From Camelus dromedarius (lineage: Eukaryota), in NCBI RefSeq assembly GCF_036321535.1, contig NC_087447.1:38442001-38506000 (forward strand): a stretch of DNA of 64,000 nt, in the 5' to 3' direction. Position numbers and translations under genes: made by a program. Below the pieces are notes generated by a model. It did no database searches and was not told the DNA's origin. It was given only the letters and a program-made list of their open reading frames with translations. Within the stretch, counting starts at the first letter, position 1; each line of letters opens with the position of its first letter. This document shows positions 1-13,749 of the stretch, in pieces.

Positions 1-529
1 TCTGGTCTTCATAGTCACCCAAGCTAGGCGCTGATTGAATTTAAGCCTGAAGGAACCAAGTTGAAGCAAAGGAGAACATTTTTGCTTAATTTTGTGGGCA
101 GATGCCTTTTGAGGGAAAGGTTGATTTGATTAAACTTATGTTAGGCTAATATGGAATTTGGCCATGATCTTAAGCATAATGACCTCCCTTTGGACTAACC
201 TTATTTTTTGCTATGTAGATGTGTTTTTTTCCCCGTGTTCTTTGGTGGACTTGAAAAGAAAGTTTTTTTAACTACTCAGATTTACCTTAAAATTATTCAT
301 ACTCTTAAACATATTTACTTAGAAAATCAGAATAATTGTTTTATTCCCAGTTGTGGAAAATGAGGAATTCAGCAGTTTTGTTTGCTGTTTTCACCCACCC
401 CTTTCATAAATTTAGTGTCCTTAAAGCATTAAAAGTGTGTGATTGCAGTGTTTTTAAGAGGTTGTTTTTTGTCTTTGCATTTGATTTTGTTATAATTTAA
501 TAGTAAGTAATATTCAGTGGTATTAACCC

Positions 530-1200
530 CTTTCTCGTTAGGAGTTATTGCTTTCATTTGCCATTTCTATCATTCTAACTGGTTTCAGTCCTTACAAGCA
601 ATCCTCATTAACAGCTACTTTTTATTTTGAGTTGTGATTTAGAGAACACTTTCATGTACTTTCAATTAAGATTATTTTTACTTTTGCATGATAAATGATG
701 ATTTGGCTGAGTATAAATTATTGGTTCCCAAGATTTTTGTATTAAAACTGCTTTATTTATCTTTTGTGTCTTTACCTTTATTTAACTGGCCTCACATTTC
801 TGTTCTGCGGGAGTAACTTGTTTTCTGTTTGTATGCTTGTAGCCTTCTCTTATCACTGGAAATGGAAAATTTTATCAGGATATGACTAGAAGCTTTTCTC
901 TGTTCATTGGTTTTCCATGGGAAATGAGGAAACACTCTCAGGTCTGGGAAGGTTTTCTTCATGTTTCAAGTCATTTTCTCAATTATCTTCTGAAATACCT
1001 ATTTATGCATTGATTCTTTGAAATCTTTATCTATATTGTCTTAAGTTAACCAGCGAAAAGGCTAAGATAGTCTCCATTCTAAGAGAATTTGTCAAATTTG
1101 CCTTCTGTATCACGATGAAATTCTGTATGTCAAATCTAATTACAGTCTTAGACTTAATGCCCTTGAAATCTCAGTCTAATATTAATAGTGGTACTGTTCT
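530..1200 (-). mobile_element. Ancient, highly decayed L1 (L1M-type) fragment
   Basis: T-rich antisense L1-like phrases such as atttggctgagtataaattattggttccc; boundaries approximate. Confidence 0.5.
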
Positions 1201-1979
1201 CTTGTCTTAAGGCCATAAAGCTGTTATTTTCTAAAGCTTGGTACTGTTTAAGGAAATAACACTTTCTAGGGAAGAGTTTTTTCTTGTATGGCAGAATATA
1301 TTTTAAAAATTTATCCTCTCATGAAGAGTTGATCTTAGCTGCTCTTGGTGTTGGAAATAAAGAACGGTCCGTCTCTCAGAATTACTGCAGGGCACTGAGA
1401 TTCCCATTCTTTTTTGATGCTGAAGGGCAATTACTAGGATGCTTCAGTTTTTGGAGTATCAGTAGCAGGATTTCAACAAATGTAAAATTCTGTGAAATCT
1501 GCTAAGACATCCAGCCAAATTCGGGGGTTTTTTTTTTTGGCTAAGAAGTATAATTTTGGAGAATTAGAGATGGTTAAAAGGGATAGTTTTCAAGTTTATT
1601 ATTCCTTCAAGTCTAAACTTTCTACATTGAGGGAAGTGGAAGAAGCTTGGGAAGATAGCAGGTTGGTGGGAGAGTGTGTGTATGTTTTGGGTTTGTGTGA
1701 GACAGTAAAATGCAGATCAAGGCAAAGATTTTTCTTGTTGGCACAGGAATTACAATGGCCTAGAATCAAAAGTTCAAGTCCTTTAGCGTGTGTGTGTAAT
1801 CTGTATGATTGTTTTATACTGTATTTTGTATAGATGTCTTTTTCATGATTTCATAAATAAATTTTGTTGTGCTGTTTCCTTTTTTAAAAAATGAGATTGA
1901 TTGCCATTTGTTTCTCACAGTAGTGCTTTAGGTAACTTATATGCTATAATTAATATTTTTAAAGGTATTTTAAAGGATT

Positions 1980-2950
1980 TCTATTAAGAGGTATTCCAGA
2001 ATGTTTCTTATATTACCCCTACCACAGTCTGTAGTATCCTTAATGACTTTTGGAAAGGCATTGTAAGACTGATTTTGCATTCTTTTGATATGAAATCTTG
2101 TACTTTTTATTAATTCTTAGGTAACTTTAATTTCAGTTTGGGTATCTCCTTAATTTTTAAGTGATTTAATTTTGAGGAAGGATTGAGTGGATCCCTTTGT
2201 AGATTTCTAGCTTTGTTGGGATGTGGTCAAAGAGTATGACCTGTAAATTCCCTGTTTTGGAACATTAAGAATTATTAATGGCCAAAACATACCCTTGATT
2301 TTTGTAAATATTCCAAGAACATGAGAGAAGAATGAGTATTTGTAGCTTATAAGGTACAAAGTTTTACATAAATCTATTAAAATGGAAATTGTTGGTTGTA
2401 TTATTCAAATCTTCTATATCCTTTTTTCTTGCCTATTTAATCTGAAACTCTGAAATACATTTATTAAATTTCCCATGAAGACTGTTTTAATTGTTTCCTT
2501 GCATTTCTACTTTTTCTTTATTTTGATGTTATATTATTTGGTATATAAAATGTTGCGATGATTACATCTTTCTTATAATTAAATAGAACCAATCTTTTGC
2601 AGCGTTTTACTTTGAATTTCAACCTGTGATATTATTGTTACCATTCCTGTTTTTTGTTTGTATGCATTTATTTCATTTGTATTTTACTTTTGGGGGGGCA
2701 TTTTATGGTAAGCTTTTGTAAATAATACGTAATGTGATCTTTAAAAAATCAAACCTGAGAGTCTCTGTCTTTTGGTAGGGGAATTCAGCCCATTCACATT
2801 TATTGTATAATATAATTATATATTTGTGAAATAATCTAGATAAATTTGTTTTGATCCTTTTTATTCTTTTTATATTTTATATTCTTTATTTTTAATCTTT
2901 ATCCACACAGGCTTAATTAAGTTTGTTTTTGTTGCTTTATTTCCCCTGCA
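1980..2950 (-). mobile_element. Ancient L1 ORF2 (endonuclease region) fragment
   Basis: tattcaaatcttctatatcc, ctgagagtctctgtcttttggtaggggaattcagcccattcacatttattg resemble antisense L1M consensus. Confidence 0.65.
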
Positions 2951-3124
2951 TTGAGAGTATAAAAGTGGAGATCATTTTAAAAGTAGAGATTGTTTCTGAC
3001 TTAACTCCTTGTGCTTGCCTTTGTCATATTTATAAGTAGTCTATGAAATTAAACACAACTGCCATATTTTTGTTTTTTAAACAGATACCTTAGACCTGGG
3101 AAAGTTTATACTGCTTATCTGAGA

Positions 3125-3250
3125 ACATGCAGCTTGACGTAGTGTAAAGAATCCTTGTGAGTCAAGATATTTACCTAGATCTTGGTTTAGCCCGTATGTG
3201 ACTGGCTTTGGACAAGATAACTATTCTATGTCTGATTCACTTTGGCATTT
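3125..3250 (+). mobile_element. MIR SINE fragment
   Basis: tagtgtaaaga..gagtcaaga..tgtgactggctttggacaag core similarity. Confidence 0.55.
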
Positions 3251-5589
3251 TTCTTTTAAACTCTATTAACACTAGAATGTTTACAAGTAAAACAAATATT
3301 TTAGTAGAGAATTTTACAAATTTGGAATTTTTGCCTGAATGTCTACCTCTTGGTTGTATTTGTTTATATATTTTATTCTTCATATTTAGATTTTGAGCAT
3401 CATAGACCAGAAGTACTTTTGTTACAAAGAAGAAAGCATATGGCAAAGTGTTTGTGAATGTTTATTAATTGCTTGTATTAAGTCTTGAACAGGACATAAT
3501 AAATAGTTGAAAAAAGAAGTCTTTGGAAAGATGAGTTGTATCTATTATGGTTCCATAGCCGCTAGTCACTGAAGAGGATAAAGAACTAAACTGTTCTTGA
3601 TTTTGGGTTTGAGTTTCTTTGTAATTAAGAGATTGTCCATATGTGGCATATGAACATTTGATTCTTGAGTTTTAGAAGTTTTAGCAGTTGATCCATAGGA
3701 TTCAGTTTCATTCAAAATAATCTTTGGAGAAGATAGTCCTATTTTAATTTCTCTCTGGAAATTCTGACTCAGGAAATGTAAAACAGCCTGAGTAAAGTCT
3801 TAAAGATTTATTACTTTCATTTTGTTTCCTGGTGGGTTTTCTCTCAGTGCCTTGGTTAAATGATGACATGTGGTTGAGATAACAACAGTCAGCAATTTGT
3901 TAGTTGAAAGGAAAAGAACAGTAAGCAAGTAGTTGAGTCAAACTGCAAAGGAAGATTTGTGATATAACATTTAAGTTTCACAAATCTTGTGGAAAAGATA
4001 TGTGACTATTTGTAATTTTATCCCCTTTGCCTCTGAAATTAAGATTGTCAGTTAAATAAGCTAGGACAGTTTGCCGTACGTGTGTATATGCATGTGCACA
4101 AGCAAACATGGGGATGTATCTTATTTTAACTGAGAAAGGAGTGAATTTAAGGTTAGAGAAGAGTTTGTTGCCTTGTGGAATCAAAAATGGAGTTAAATAT
4201 AAAACAAAGGTACGTCTGTGATAATTTAATGAATTGCAGACATTTAAATGAATAATAATAGTAGTTTGAATACTACATGAGTTTATTATTTTCAGATATT
4301 GCCATGGTCCATGCCAACTTGGTTTGAATTAGCTTATTTTTAATTGCCAAATTACTTAATGTTAAAAATTTCTTATAACCATTGCAGTGTTTTATGGTAA
4401 AGGCACTTTTCATTCAGTTGAAAGTTAAGAATGGAGTAGAAATTAGTGAGCTTGCACATTATAGTAGAATTCAGATGCCATCAAATGTTGGATGTTGGGA
4501 TTATTTCTTTTTTTTTTAAACTTTTAATTTTTATTGAAAATGAAAGAAGTCCAGGAGAATAATTGGTATGCAACTATACAATGTTTTAAGCGGCTTTCCT
4601 ATTCCTATTAAAGCTTTGTATTTAAAATGTTATGTTACATGATATGTGCTTCGCAGTCTTGGAATTATTTCCTATGAAGTCTGATAGGTTCTATGATCGT
4701 CATTATAGCAGGTGTTAAAATAGTATCAAAAACTTTGTCTTCTGTTATAATGAAAGTATGTGATTCTCAGTTTTTAGGTTTACATTTAAAAACAAACTGA
4801 TGGTTTTTTTTTTTCTCCTTCAAATTGCAAATTATGTATTTAGTTAGATTTCTTTATAGCAGATCATTTCAGGAAGGAGCCATTCGCTGAGCTGATTAGT
4901 CAAATGAAGTTGTCTGACATGGGTTACTTTAGTTTGTGGTTTTAAATGAACAGTACATGGTGCACAGCTGTTGTTCCAACAGCTTTGTTCCAGCTGTCTT
5001 ACTGGCCTGTCACAAAATACCCCACATTCCTTTTTTTTTTTTAATGAACCCCCTTGTAATATTCTATATTTTATTACTTAAATGAATCCTGCTAATTACT
5101 TTAATGACTTTACTTTTAGGCCTATCAATAGCTATTTATTTAGAATGATGTTAAAATGGATTATGAGTAATAGATTTAAACCTTGTCATATTTGTAATTA
5201 TTTTTGTGAATTAAAGTTGGAGTTGTAAAATACTAATACAGATTGTGTTAAACATTGAAAAAGGCACCAAACTTAAAGAATGTTCCCCAAGTAAGTAGTT
5301 GTATGTGGATAATGAAACTGGCATCTTCTAGTTTCTTATTTTAACCTTGTGTTTGTATTAATAAGCTTCAATAGAATTGTAAGATGAAAAGCTGTGATTT
5401 TGTGTTTATAAAGCTTATATAGAACCTGTATAGATAGACTTTAGTTTGTGTTTTTTTGATCAGGTGGTTACACTTCAATTCATTTTCCTATCTTGCACAG
5501 TAACTGAATTACAATACTAAAGGTTTCAGGTTTTGTTTTGTTTTTTAATAAGGAACAAAGATCTATGAAAAATATTTTGAGTCAGTAAT

Positions 5590-5810
5590 GACTAATATAT
5601 ATTGAACATTTTCTTGTTAGACACCATGCTTAAAAGCTTTATAAGCATTGCCTTATTTAATCTTTACAATTTATTATTTCTTTTTTGCAGATATGGAAAC
5701 TGAGGCTCAGAAATTAAATAAATTGCTCAAGATCCCGCAATAATGGCTGATGGGACTTGAAGCCATATTTTCTTGATTACAAAGCACCTAAGAGGACTAT
5801 ACTCTATTAC
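5590..5810 (-). mobile_element. MIR SINE
   Basis: cagatatggaaactgaggctcaga..ttgctcaagatc antisense MIR core. Confidence 0.8.
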
Positions 5811-6334
5811 CTTGCTCAAAAAAAAAAACACATTTTATGAGTTACCTTAATAATGAAGTCTTTGCCTAAGTTTTTCTTTGATTAGGTTCATGAAGCATTT
5901 TCCATTTAGTTGAAGTTGGGAGAGCTGAGATTGAATAGGGAGTGAAGTTTTGCTTAAAGCATCCCTTACCTCTCTTTCTGCTCCCTCCTGCCTGTCTGTG
6001 ATCAGTTTCCCATTACTCCTACACATGCTGTTCTGGCTACTGCTTTCCCCAGACCTGGCAACACCCAGACACCTGCCCCACACCTATTTGAAATTCCTGC
6101 TCTCACACAGTGCATTATGATTAGAGAAACAGTCTGATCACACTTAGTCACACTCTGTGTGAAGTATATATCCATGACTCTCCTGAAGCTGTATCCTTTA
6201 CCAAATATGCCTTTTTATCTGACTAATTCTTAGTCATCTTGACAGATGTGGCTCAGGGTTCATCTGAGCCTTTCCTGGGGGAATATCCAGATTGGATAAG
6301 GTGCCCTTCCCATGTGCTTCAGTAATATCCTGTG

Positions 6335-6870
6335 CATTTCTTCCTGAACCTTTTGAGAGTAAGTTGTGGAAGTGATTCCCTGTTAGTATTTGTTTCTTGA
6401 AGAACAAAAACAAGGGAGTCTTTTATACAACCTTAGTACAGTTACCAAAATCAGGATGTTATATTACTATTATCTAACATTAATCAGACTTCACCAGTTG
6501 TTCCAGTAATGTCCTTTATAACAAAAGAAAAAACTTTTTTTTTCCTGTTTTTTTTTTTGGTTCAGGATCCAATCCAGGATTGCCTGTTGCACTTATTCTT
6601 TGTGTCTTTTAGTCTTAAAAGCTATTTGTAAAACATCCCACAATTTGGGTTTTCTGATGTTTTCTTATCATTAGAATCAAATTGTATATTTTGGCAGAAA
6701 TATCACAGAAGAAAAATCTTTCTCCAGTACATCATATTAAGGAGGCATGTGATGTCTGGTTCCTCATTAGAGTTGATGTGAAATCTGATCCCTTAGTTAA
6801 CCACTGAAAAATTACTACTGTTCCCTTTGTAATTAATATCTTGTGGGTAGAGATACTGGGACCAGGTTAA
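6335..6870 (-). mobile_element. L1MC-type 3' end
   Basis: caggatccaatccaggatt, ttttggcagaaatatcacagaa, ttccctttgtaattaata motifs typical of L1MC 3' UTRs. Confidence 0.7.
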
Positions 6871-7829
6871 AAGCTAGTTATTTTTGAGCCTTTGGGTTAT
6901 GTCTTCCTTTCTTTAGTGCCTCTCCTTTCTCCCTCCCCCTTTCTTTAACTTGCTGCCTCTAATTTGCATTTAGTGACAAGAATTTTTTTAATGTCCTCAA
7001 AGAACACTTGCATCATACTTGTATTTTCTTTAGAGACAAAAGCCCTCAGTTACTATATTTTCTTTATTCAGTAGAAGAATCTACACTTTCTTGGCCTTTT
7101 TTTTTTAATCTATAAAATGAAGGGGGTGAAACAGATTCTATCTAATTAAGGTCCTTTGAGATTCTAAAGTCCTGTGGCACACGTGTTTGAGTTTTAAAAA
7201 ATTAGATTATTAGATCCTGTTTGACCTTTTTGCACTTTAGGTTTCTAAAAAATTGTTTCCCACTTCTCTCTGTACACTATATAAATGTCTCATTGCTTTG
7301 GATTGTGATACAACTGTCCTTACTCTTACTTTAACTGAGGCCATGGTATTCTTCACACCTGGATAATGTTTCTTCCAACCTGGAAGACAAAGTGGTATTC
7401 TTTTTTGGTGGGATGCGGATAGGGGCAGGGCACTCGTTCCCACAGTCAGTGAATAAATCTGTCATTCCTTGGAGTTTTCTAAATCACTTAAAAAAAGAAG
7501 AGAAGGAAAAAACAATTCAGTACGATAGTGTTTATCACCTTTAAAGACATAATTTACATATAATTTCTTTTGGAGAGTTTTACAGAGTTACGAATCATTC
7601 TATCATTTCTAAAGTGAGAATTTTGATTCATTGTGGAATTTAGAACAGATTATTTAGTTTTAGAAGTTATTTCACTATAAACACTGAATCAAGTATTTCA
7701 ACATTGTTAATATTTTTAAGTTCTGTAGTAAAAGTATTAGATTATATACTGAATTATTAAAAATTAATTAGCCACATTTTAACTCTTAAAAATAATTCTT
7801 CCTCAAGAACTTTTATAACTAGCATTTAC

Positions 7830-8070
7830 TTTTTGTAATGTTTCACATTTGTGTAATATTTTAGTTTTGAAAGAACTTTTACATACGTGATTTCTTTTTA
7901 TACCAGCATCAACCCTTTATGATTGGAAAGTGGCATGGCATGGTCATGGTCATCATTTCCAATCTATAGATGAGGAAATGGAGGCATGAGATGAAGTGAT
8001 TTGCTCAAGGTCCTATAACAAGTAGACAGTGAAGCTGGGATTTAAGTTGGTTTTCCTCACTCCTAAAATA
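7830..8070 (-). mobile_element. MIR SINE
   Basis: tatagatgaggaaatggaggca..gaagtgatttgctcaaggtc. Confidence 0.8.
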
Positions 8071-9880
8071 AAGTAGTCTTCTTTCTGCAGAACTGGGAAT
8101 GTTAAATTGAAACAAAAATGCTAACGCTTACTAGAAGAGAACTGAAAAGAGTGACACATACTCATTTAATGAGTGAAATTGTGACTGTTTATCAGTTTGA
8201 ATCTGGGAGGAGCATTGATTAGGGGAGGGGTCAAGAGAGAGAAGAGACTTGATATATTTCTATTAAAACTGCTTGTGATGGCACCGATGAAAGCTAGTGT
8301 GGGGCCCAAGATTTGTAATGGCATCCTCTCTCTCACACATAGCTTCAGAAGACCAAGGTATCCATTTTACAAGTATCACTATTGTATAAGTGCATGAGAA
8401 CACAAACACCAACTTTAGGTATCGATTACCTCTTGGGGTGGGGAGGGCGAGGAGGGGTGAATATGATTGTCAAGGGACATATAAGGCTCTGTAATTATAT
8501 TAATGTTTTATTTTCTAAGGTGGGAGGTAGGTATGCATATTCTTAATATTTTTTCTTTATAACATTTTCTAAGATATTTTATAGTTAATTAAGAACAAGA
8601 ATGTATTCTAAATTGACTTAAATATGTAGTCAAATGGAAACTTTGAGCCTTTCATTTGGTATTCAAGGTATCATGACTTGGTTGACAAGACACAAGTGTG
8701 TTCTTTAGGGGTTTTCCTTCAAAGTGGGAAACAATTTTCTTCCCTCTGTTCAAGCAACAAGTAAAACTGAGTACAATTCTTATTACAGCAGAAAGTTAAT
8801 AATTGAGTTTGTGAGCAAAACGATTTTGTGTGTGTATAAGTGTATGTGTTGTGATTTGCTTTTAAAATTACTATACCTAGTTTTCTGAAGATTTCTCCAA
8901 AGCGCAGTATCTGATTTCATCTTGGTAATTACAGGAACTGATGATTCATTTTGCCTTAAATTTCCTGTATGAAGAACTGATACCTTTAACTTTTCCCAGC
9001 ACAAAATTCTTAAACTATTAGTAGGTATACAAAATGAATGCTCATATAATGTGGTTTTAGGTAGGTATGAGTAAGAATTAAGACAATGTAGAGTATTACA
9101 TACTTACTAGGACTGTGCTGTATGCTATACTGTTAACATTTTTGTTCATGAAATTCACTCATTTATAAAATGGCAATTTTTGGACTGTTTTCATCAAAAG
9201 TTGATAAATGAAGGGTAGAATTATTTAAAAAATGAGCTGCCCATTTGATGGCCTTGTGAATGAAAGAAATCATATTTCCAAGTTTGGATGATCATAGGAT
9301 TAGAAAAAATGCTGTTGGTGGTTGTTCATCTGAAAGCTTTGCCTTTATTTGGGTACTTCTGCTTTTTGGAGAGGTACAATGGGAGAGAGAAAAGGAATTC
9401 TGTGTTCTTCAGTGTGAAAGTATGTATGCTTAGATGTTGCTAATTCCCTCAATAAAGAAAGTGATTGAAAATGTGATTTAAGGGCATCTTTAGGTTTATA
9501 GATTATAATGTTTGCTTAAGAGGAAGTGGGTGGGGTAGAGTGGGTAAGAGGTGGAGGGTAGAGTAAATACTCTTGTTCTTGAGTTTAGAGGTTTGAACTG
9601 TCTTTTTCCGGGATTACCTGCAAATTAACTCACGGTGTAAGTTGGCAGGGGATCCCTTGGTGATTCTGGATGGATTTTGAATGTCATACAAGGACTGAAT
9701 TCTTGTGGTATTGACTTTTGGGAACCTGAGAAAGGGTTTTGCTTCCAGCGTGGTTTAATATTATAGGTTTTATTTTTCTGGTGTCTTCCCACAAGGAGAG
9801 CCATTCTTCCCATTCCAGTGGCAAGTGGAAGCTGTGGTCCAGTAAGACTTTTGTAGTAGAATTTGGAAAATGTTCTACAT

Positions 9881-10268
9881 GTAGGGGTTTTTTGACCTTT
9901 TTTTTTTTTTTTTTTTTTTTTTTTGGTACAAAGGACTCTTGGCATTCTGGTGAAGCCTCTGGGCCGCCTCAGAATATTGTTTTTTAAATGTATAATGCAT
10001 AGGTTTATAAAGGAAACCAATTACATTTAGATACAGTTATAAAAATACTAAAAACAGAAGTCTGTCTTTAATGCATGTTGAGAGTAAATTCTGTTGTGAC
10101 TTATTTTCAACAGTTGTGACATGAAACATCTGTGATTTCTATTGGTGACAGTCACAAGTACTACCACAATGGTTTATTGAAGGAAATGCTAAATTTCTGT
10201 TAGAGGTTAGTGAAAAAAAAAAATTTCCCAATCCACATTTTTGAAGTTTTAATCCCAAGAACTTCTTC
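9881..10268. mobile_element. hAT-Charlie DNA transposon relic (Charlie4-like) with an expanded poly(T)
   Basis: Starts taggggttttttgacc; internal ctggtgaagcct..cagaata, aaaggaaaccaatta, tctgtgatttctattggtgaca, gaaggaaatgctaaatttc match recalled Charlie4a. Confidence 0.7.
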
Positions 10269-10284
10269 TTAATACAGTTTAAAA

Positions 10285-10440
10285 AAAAGTCAGGATTTGG
10301 AACAAGGTGACTATGTAATTGAGTCTCATATTCACTGTATATTGGTATCTGTGTACACTTGCAACTCTGAGCCTTAATTTCCTCATCAGTATAATGGAGA
10401 TGGTAATAGCACTTGTGGGAGTTTAGAAAACTCACAAAAC
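10285..10440 (+). mobile_element. MIR SINE fragment
   Basis: ctctgagccttaatttcctcatcagtataatggagatggtaatagcac. Confidence 0.75.
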
Positions 10441-10499
10441 TGAAATCCCGTGAGTACTGTTACCATCTCCATCTACTATCATAATCAACTCGTATTGTC

Positions 10500-12430
10500 A
10501 GTTTACCAGTTTGAAGTATTTTAAAAACCTTTCCTTTATGTCCCTTTACCCTCCTATGTTTATAATATAGTTATTAAAAAATTTCCTTTACATACATATC
10601 GAACCATATCAGATAGTAGTATAATTTTTGCTTCAACTTTCAGGCATACTTTAGAAAACTCGAGAAGGAAAACTTGTATTTATCTATATTTTTGCTGACT
10701 GTTCTTCTTTCCTGATGTTCCTTTTATTGTTTCTTTTCTGTCCAGAGAACTTCTTTAGTCATTCTTTAGGAATAAGTCTGCTTGTGACAAATTCTTTTTT
10801 ATTTACTTTATCTTTTCCTAAAGGCTACATTTTTTCTAGGTATAGGATTCTAGGTTGATATTTCTTTTCATTCACCTGAAAAATTGTGCCTCTTCTGGTC
10901 TTCCTTTTCTGATGCGATATCTGCTACCATTCTAACTGTCTTTCCCATGTAGATAAGGTGTTTTTCCCTGACTGCCTTCAAGATTTTTTCTTTGTTTTTA
11001 GAAGTTTAATTATGATGTGTCTTAGTGTGGATTTCTTCGGGTTTTTTCCTTTTTAGGGTTTGTTCGGCTTCCTGAACGTGTAGGTTTATGTCTTGCCAAA
11101 TTTGAGAAGTTTTTAGCTATGATTTCTTCCAGTACTTTTGCAGTCCCATTCTTTTTGTCCTCTCCTTCCGGTATTCTGATAACATGAATGGTAGATCTTT
11201 TGTTATGGTTTCACAGGACCTTGAGGCTTCATTCTTTTTCTTTTTTTCCCCCAGTCTTTTTCTCTCTTTTTCAGATTGGGTAGTTTCTATTTTCTATCTT
11301 CCAGTGCATTGATTATTTCTGGCCTTCCGTTCTGCTGTTGAGACCATCCTCTGAGCTTTTTATTTTGGTTATTTTGTTTTTTAATTTTAAGTTCCCATTT
11401 GGTTCTTTATAACATATTTGCCCACACTTTGATTTTTGTTGAGGCTTTCTTTTCTTTTCTTTTTCATTTATTTCAAGTATGCTTGTGATTGTTGAAACAT
11501 TTTTGTCAAAATTGCTTTAGTGTCTCTGTCAGATGATTCTAACATCCTCCGTCATTTCAGTGTGTGTGTCTGTTGATTGCATTTTTGTCATTCAGTTTGA
11601 GATCTTCCTGGTTCTTAGATTTTCTGTTGAAACCAGCACATATTTTGTTCTGAGGCTCTGGATCTTACTCAAACCATCTGTTTCAGCTGACTCTTTTTGA
11701 TACGTCTCTGGCAGGAGATGGGAAGTGGAGGTGCTTGCTTATTACTGCCAGGTGGATGGAGACATCCAGATTACCCACCCATGTTCTATTGAAACCTGAG
11801 GTGAGGGGGGACACTCATTATTATTGATGAGTGGAGTGAAAGTCCAAGCTCCTCTCTATGATCTCCATTAATGTTGTTGGGGAAGAGAGGGTCATTAATG
11901 GTCAGTGGGGATGAAAGTCCTGGCTTCCTACTTGGCCTTCTCTGACACTGTCCAGTGGGGTCTTCGGGTGCCTCTTTACGGCTTTGAGAGTTTGGAATTC
12001 TAGGCTCCCCACTGGGTCTTTGCTGGTAGGGGTGTGGATAAGGCCACAGTTTTTTTGTTTGTTTTCCTGTGGTGCTTGGAGTAGAGCAGTGATTGTCTAA
12101 AAGTTTTCCAGATTTCTGGGCTGCCCTTTTCCTTGTCCTTTGGCTAGAGACAGCATACTTTTGTAGGGATTCTTTTTGTTTGTGCCTGTTGGCATTTCTG
12201 GGTTGCAGGCTTTTTCATCTACAATTCTGGGATTTTTCAAGGTAAAAAGGAAACCCAGGAAACTTACCATGGTGTAGTTCCTTGGATTCCAGTTCATTAG
12301 CCTGTCTGCCTTCTCTCCAACTTAGAGTCTTCTTGTGTTTGTTTTATATATAATGTCAATGAATTTTACATTTACTTAGCAGGAGGAACGGGGAGAGTAT
12401 GTCTACTTTGTCCTCCCAGAAGGAAAAGTC
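10500..12430 (-). mobile_element. Old L1 5' region/ORF1 (L1MC/L1MD-class)
   Basis: Antisense ORF1 phrases (tgccttcaagattttttctttg, gccaaatttgagaagttttta), a GC-richer 5' UTR, ending ccagaaggaaaagtc as at L1M 5' termini. Confidence 0.8.
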
Positions 12431-12599
12431 CTTTTAAGGATTTTTTTTGGCTATATTAAATAATGCTGAAATTAATATTTTCCTCCAAAGTTTTAATTTT
12501 GCTTTATTTCTCGTGACTTTACATTATTAGCTGAAAAAATATTTTTATGCCACTTGTTTCATATTGCAAGCCATTGGTCATTCAACTTAATTTTGTAAT

Positions 12600-13130
12600 G
12601 AGCTCAGTGCTGTATCTATTGAGGTTGAGATGATTCAGGCGCAGTTGTGTGAAGGTATATGTTATCCCTATTTATAATCAGAAGAGTGGTATAGGAGAGA
12701 AATCTGGATGGAGAGATAGCTTTGGGAATCTAAAGTAATAGATGATTCTTGAAAATAGTTTGTATAGATGAGGCCTACCCATGTGGAGGAGGTAAACATG
12801 TCTCATGATAGTACCCTGGAAGGCTGGCTGCCAATGAAAAGAGGAAGAAGAAAAGGAACAAGTTAACTGAACCCACTGGAGAACTAGAGACAAAAATTGT
12901 GCTTTGCAGAGACCAAGAGAAGAGAGCTTTGAGAAGGTTGTGAGTGTTCAGCAGGGTCACATGTCTTAGATTATGTTAGTCCAGTGGTGAACATTGTATG
13001 ATTGGATTCCACAGTGAATAGGTTACTGCGAACAATGTGAGTGGAATAATGGGAATAGAAACCAGACTCTACTGAATGGGAAGTCAAGAAAAATATCAGT
13101 GGAGGAGAGAGAAGCAAGGTAAAAGCTGGG
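12600..13130 (-). mobile_element. L2 LINE fragment
   Basis: Purine-rich tract with L2-like phrases (gaggttgagatg, accaagagaagagagcttt, gaaaccagact). Confidence 0.55.
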
Positions 13131-13608
13131 GGGTGCATGTGAGTGTTTTTAAATTTAAAAAAAGAGAAAGTTTCTTGTTTATATGCTGAGGAGAAAGCTA
13201 GTACGATAGGAAAGAACTACAGAAGCGGGGCCGTTAATGGCAAGGACCTTTGAGGTGGGAGGGAGAAGGAATCTAGAGCACAAAATGAAAAACTGGACAG
13301 GAATAATGATCCTTTTTTCTCTCAAGGAAGGGTGGAAAGGATATTTATATGGGTATGATTATGGATGCAGGAAAGATTTCCGAAACAAGGGAGAACTTGA
13401 TAGTGTCTCAGGTAGAAATATCAAGCAAAATAATCTATGTGTACATTGAAACTTTTCAGAAAAGCTTTACCCAGATCAGGAATTTCAGAGGTTACATTAT
13501 AGACATCTCACAATTGAATATTTTTTAAAAATTTACTGATGGTACAAATAATTCTTATGTCTTAAAAGAAAAATGACAATAGGTGAGCAGCAGACAATTA
13601 AACAAAAT

Positions 13609-13720
13609 ACTAACCTATAATGAAAAAGAATGTGAAAGTGATAATAGGTATGTATATGAATGACTGAAACATCACACTGTATACCAGAAATTGACACACT
13701 GTAACTGACTATAATTTAAA
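13609..13720 (+). mobile_element. Short 5'-truncated lineage-specific L1 3' end
   Basis: aacctataatgaaaaagaat..ctgtataccagaaattgacacactgtaactgactata plus A tail; flanks aaacaaaat (13600-13608) / aaacagaat (13721-13729) resemble a TSD. Confidence 0.8.
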
Positions 13721-13749
13721 AAACAGAATGTTTTGAATTGTCATTCCTG

